Assembly (NCBI RefSeq): GCF_011059135.1
Contig: NZ_JAALGD010000020.1
Coordinates: forward strand, 1-64,000
Origin: Brevibacillus sp. SYP-B805
Lineage (GTDB): Bacteria > Bacillota > Bacilli > Brevibacillales > Brevibacillaceae
Length of the DNA: 64,000 nt
Direction: 5' to 3'
Position 1 is the stretch's first letter. Each line of letters starts with the position of its first letter. Below the pieces are notes generated by a model. That model saw only the letters and a program-made list of their open reading frames with translations. It did not search any database and had not been told where the DNA came from. The position numbers and the translations under genes are program-made. This document shows, one piece after another, positions 63,894 through 64,000 of this stretch.

Positions 63894-64000
63894 TGCATAC
63901 AGGTTGGAATGAAACGGCGTCAGAGCGGCGATCACCGCTTCGCTGAACACGTTGGCGCGCCGGATGCGATCGTTCGTAAACAAGGCATAGGCGCCGCCCC

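Noticed and set aside
1-64000. CRISPR arrays, rRNA and tRNA genes.
   Set aside because: I saw no regularly spaced short direct repeats with unique spacers. The tandem repeats at 24341-24545 are palindromic REP-like units, not CRISPR. I saw no rRNA-like or cloverleaf tRNA-like segments on either strand.

Overview
Overall picture: a high-GC (~60%) window from a spore-forming Bacillales genome, probably a thermophilic Bacillaceae or Paenibacillaceae lineage. I can't give a species from sequence alone. The backbone matches the Bacillus subtilis neighbourhood ytxJ, aroA (chorismate mutase/DAHP synthase), ccpA, acuABC, tyrS (with its T-box leader), rpsD and ezrA. It also carries sporulation genes (ytrH/ytrI, spo0M, two yjcZ-like peptides, DUF1540), c-di-GMP enzymes (GGDEF, HD-GYP), PBP1A, MFS transporters and peptidases.

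Three things stand out:
(1) At about 3.6-12.2 kb, an ~8.6 kb insertion splits a trypsin-like (S1C) serine protease gene into a C-terminal fragment (3368-3610) and an N-terminal fragment (12195-12734). It carries two large serine recombinases (3626-5233 and 10032-11465). Its cargo includes a five-gene spoVA2mob-type operon (DUF1657, DUF421-DUF1657 fusion, SpoVAC, SpoVAD, SpoVAEb), the operon known from Tn1546 of B. subtilis to raise spore heat resistance. It also carries ArsR/DinB and HxlR genes. This resembles sporulation 'intervening elements' such as skin.
(2) At 944-2380 on the minus strand, a family-1 encapsulin gene has its ferritin-like cargo gene, with targeting peptide, fused in frame with no stop codon. 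The shell still keeps its own RBS and ATG. A near-perfect Fur/PerR-type 7-1-7 box sits in the divergent promoter at 2465-2501.
(3) There are two dispersed repeat families. One is a ~190-nt element with a long closing stem (4 copies, 2 full and 2 truncated), a candidate structured RNA or MITE. The other is a nested GC-rich palindromic REP/terminator-like family with a conserved AT-rich left flank (at least 9 copies).

Smaller curiosities are an MtnN-glutaredoxin fusion, an EzrA homologue with an extracytoplasmic TPM domain, a GNAT/N-succinylamino-acid-racemase gene pair, and an IS-remnant-disrupted SRPBCC gene. No CRISPR array, rRNA or tRNA was found.
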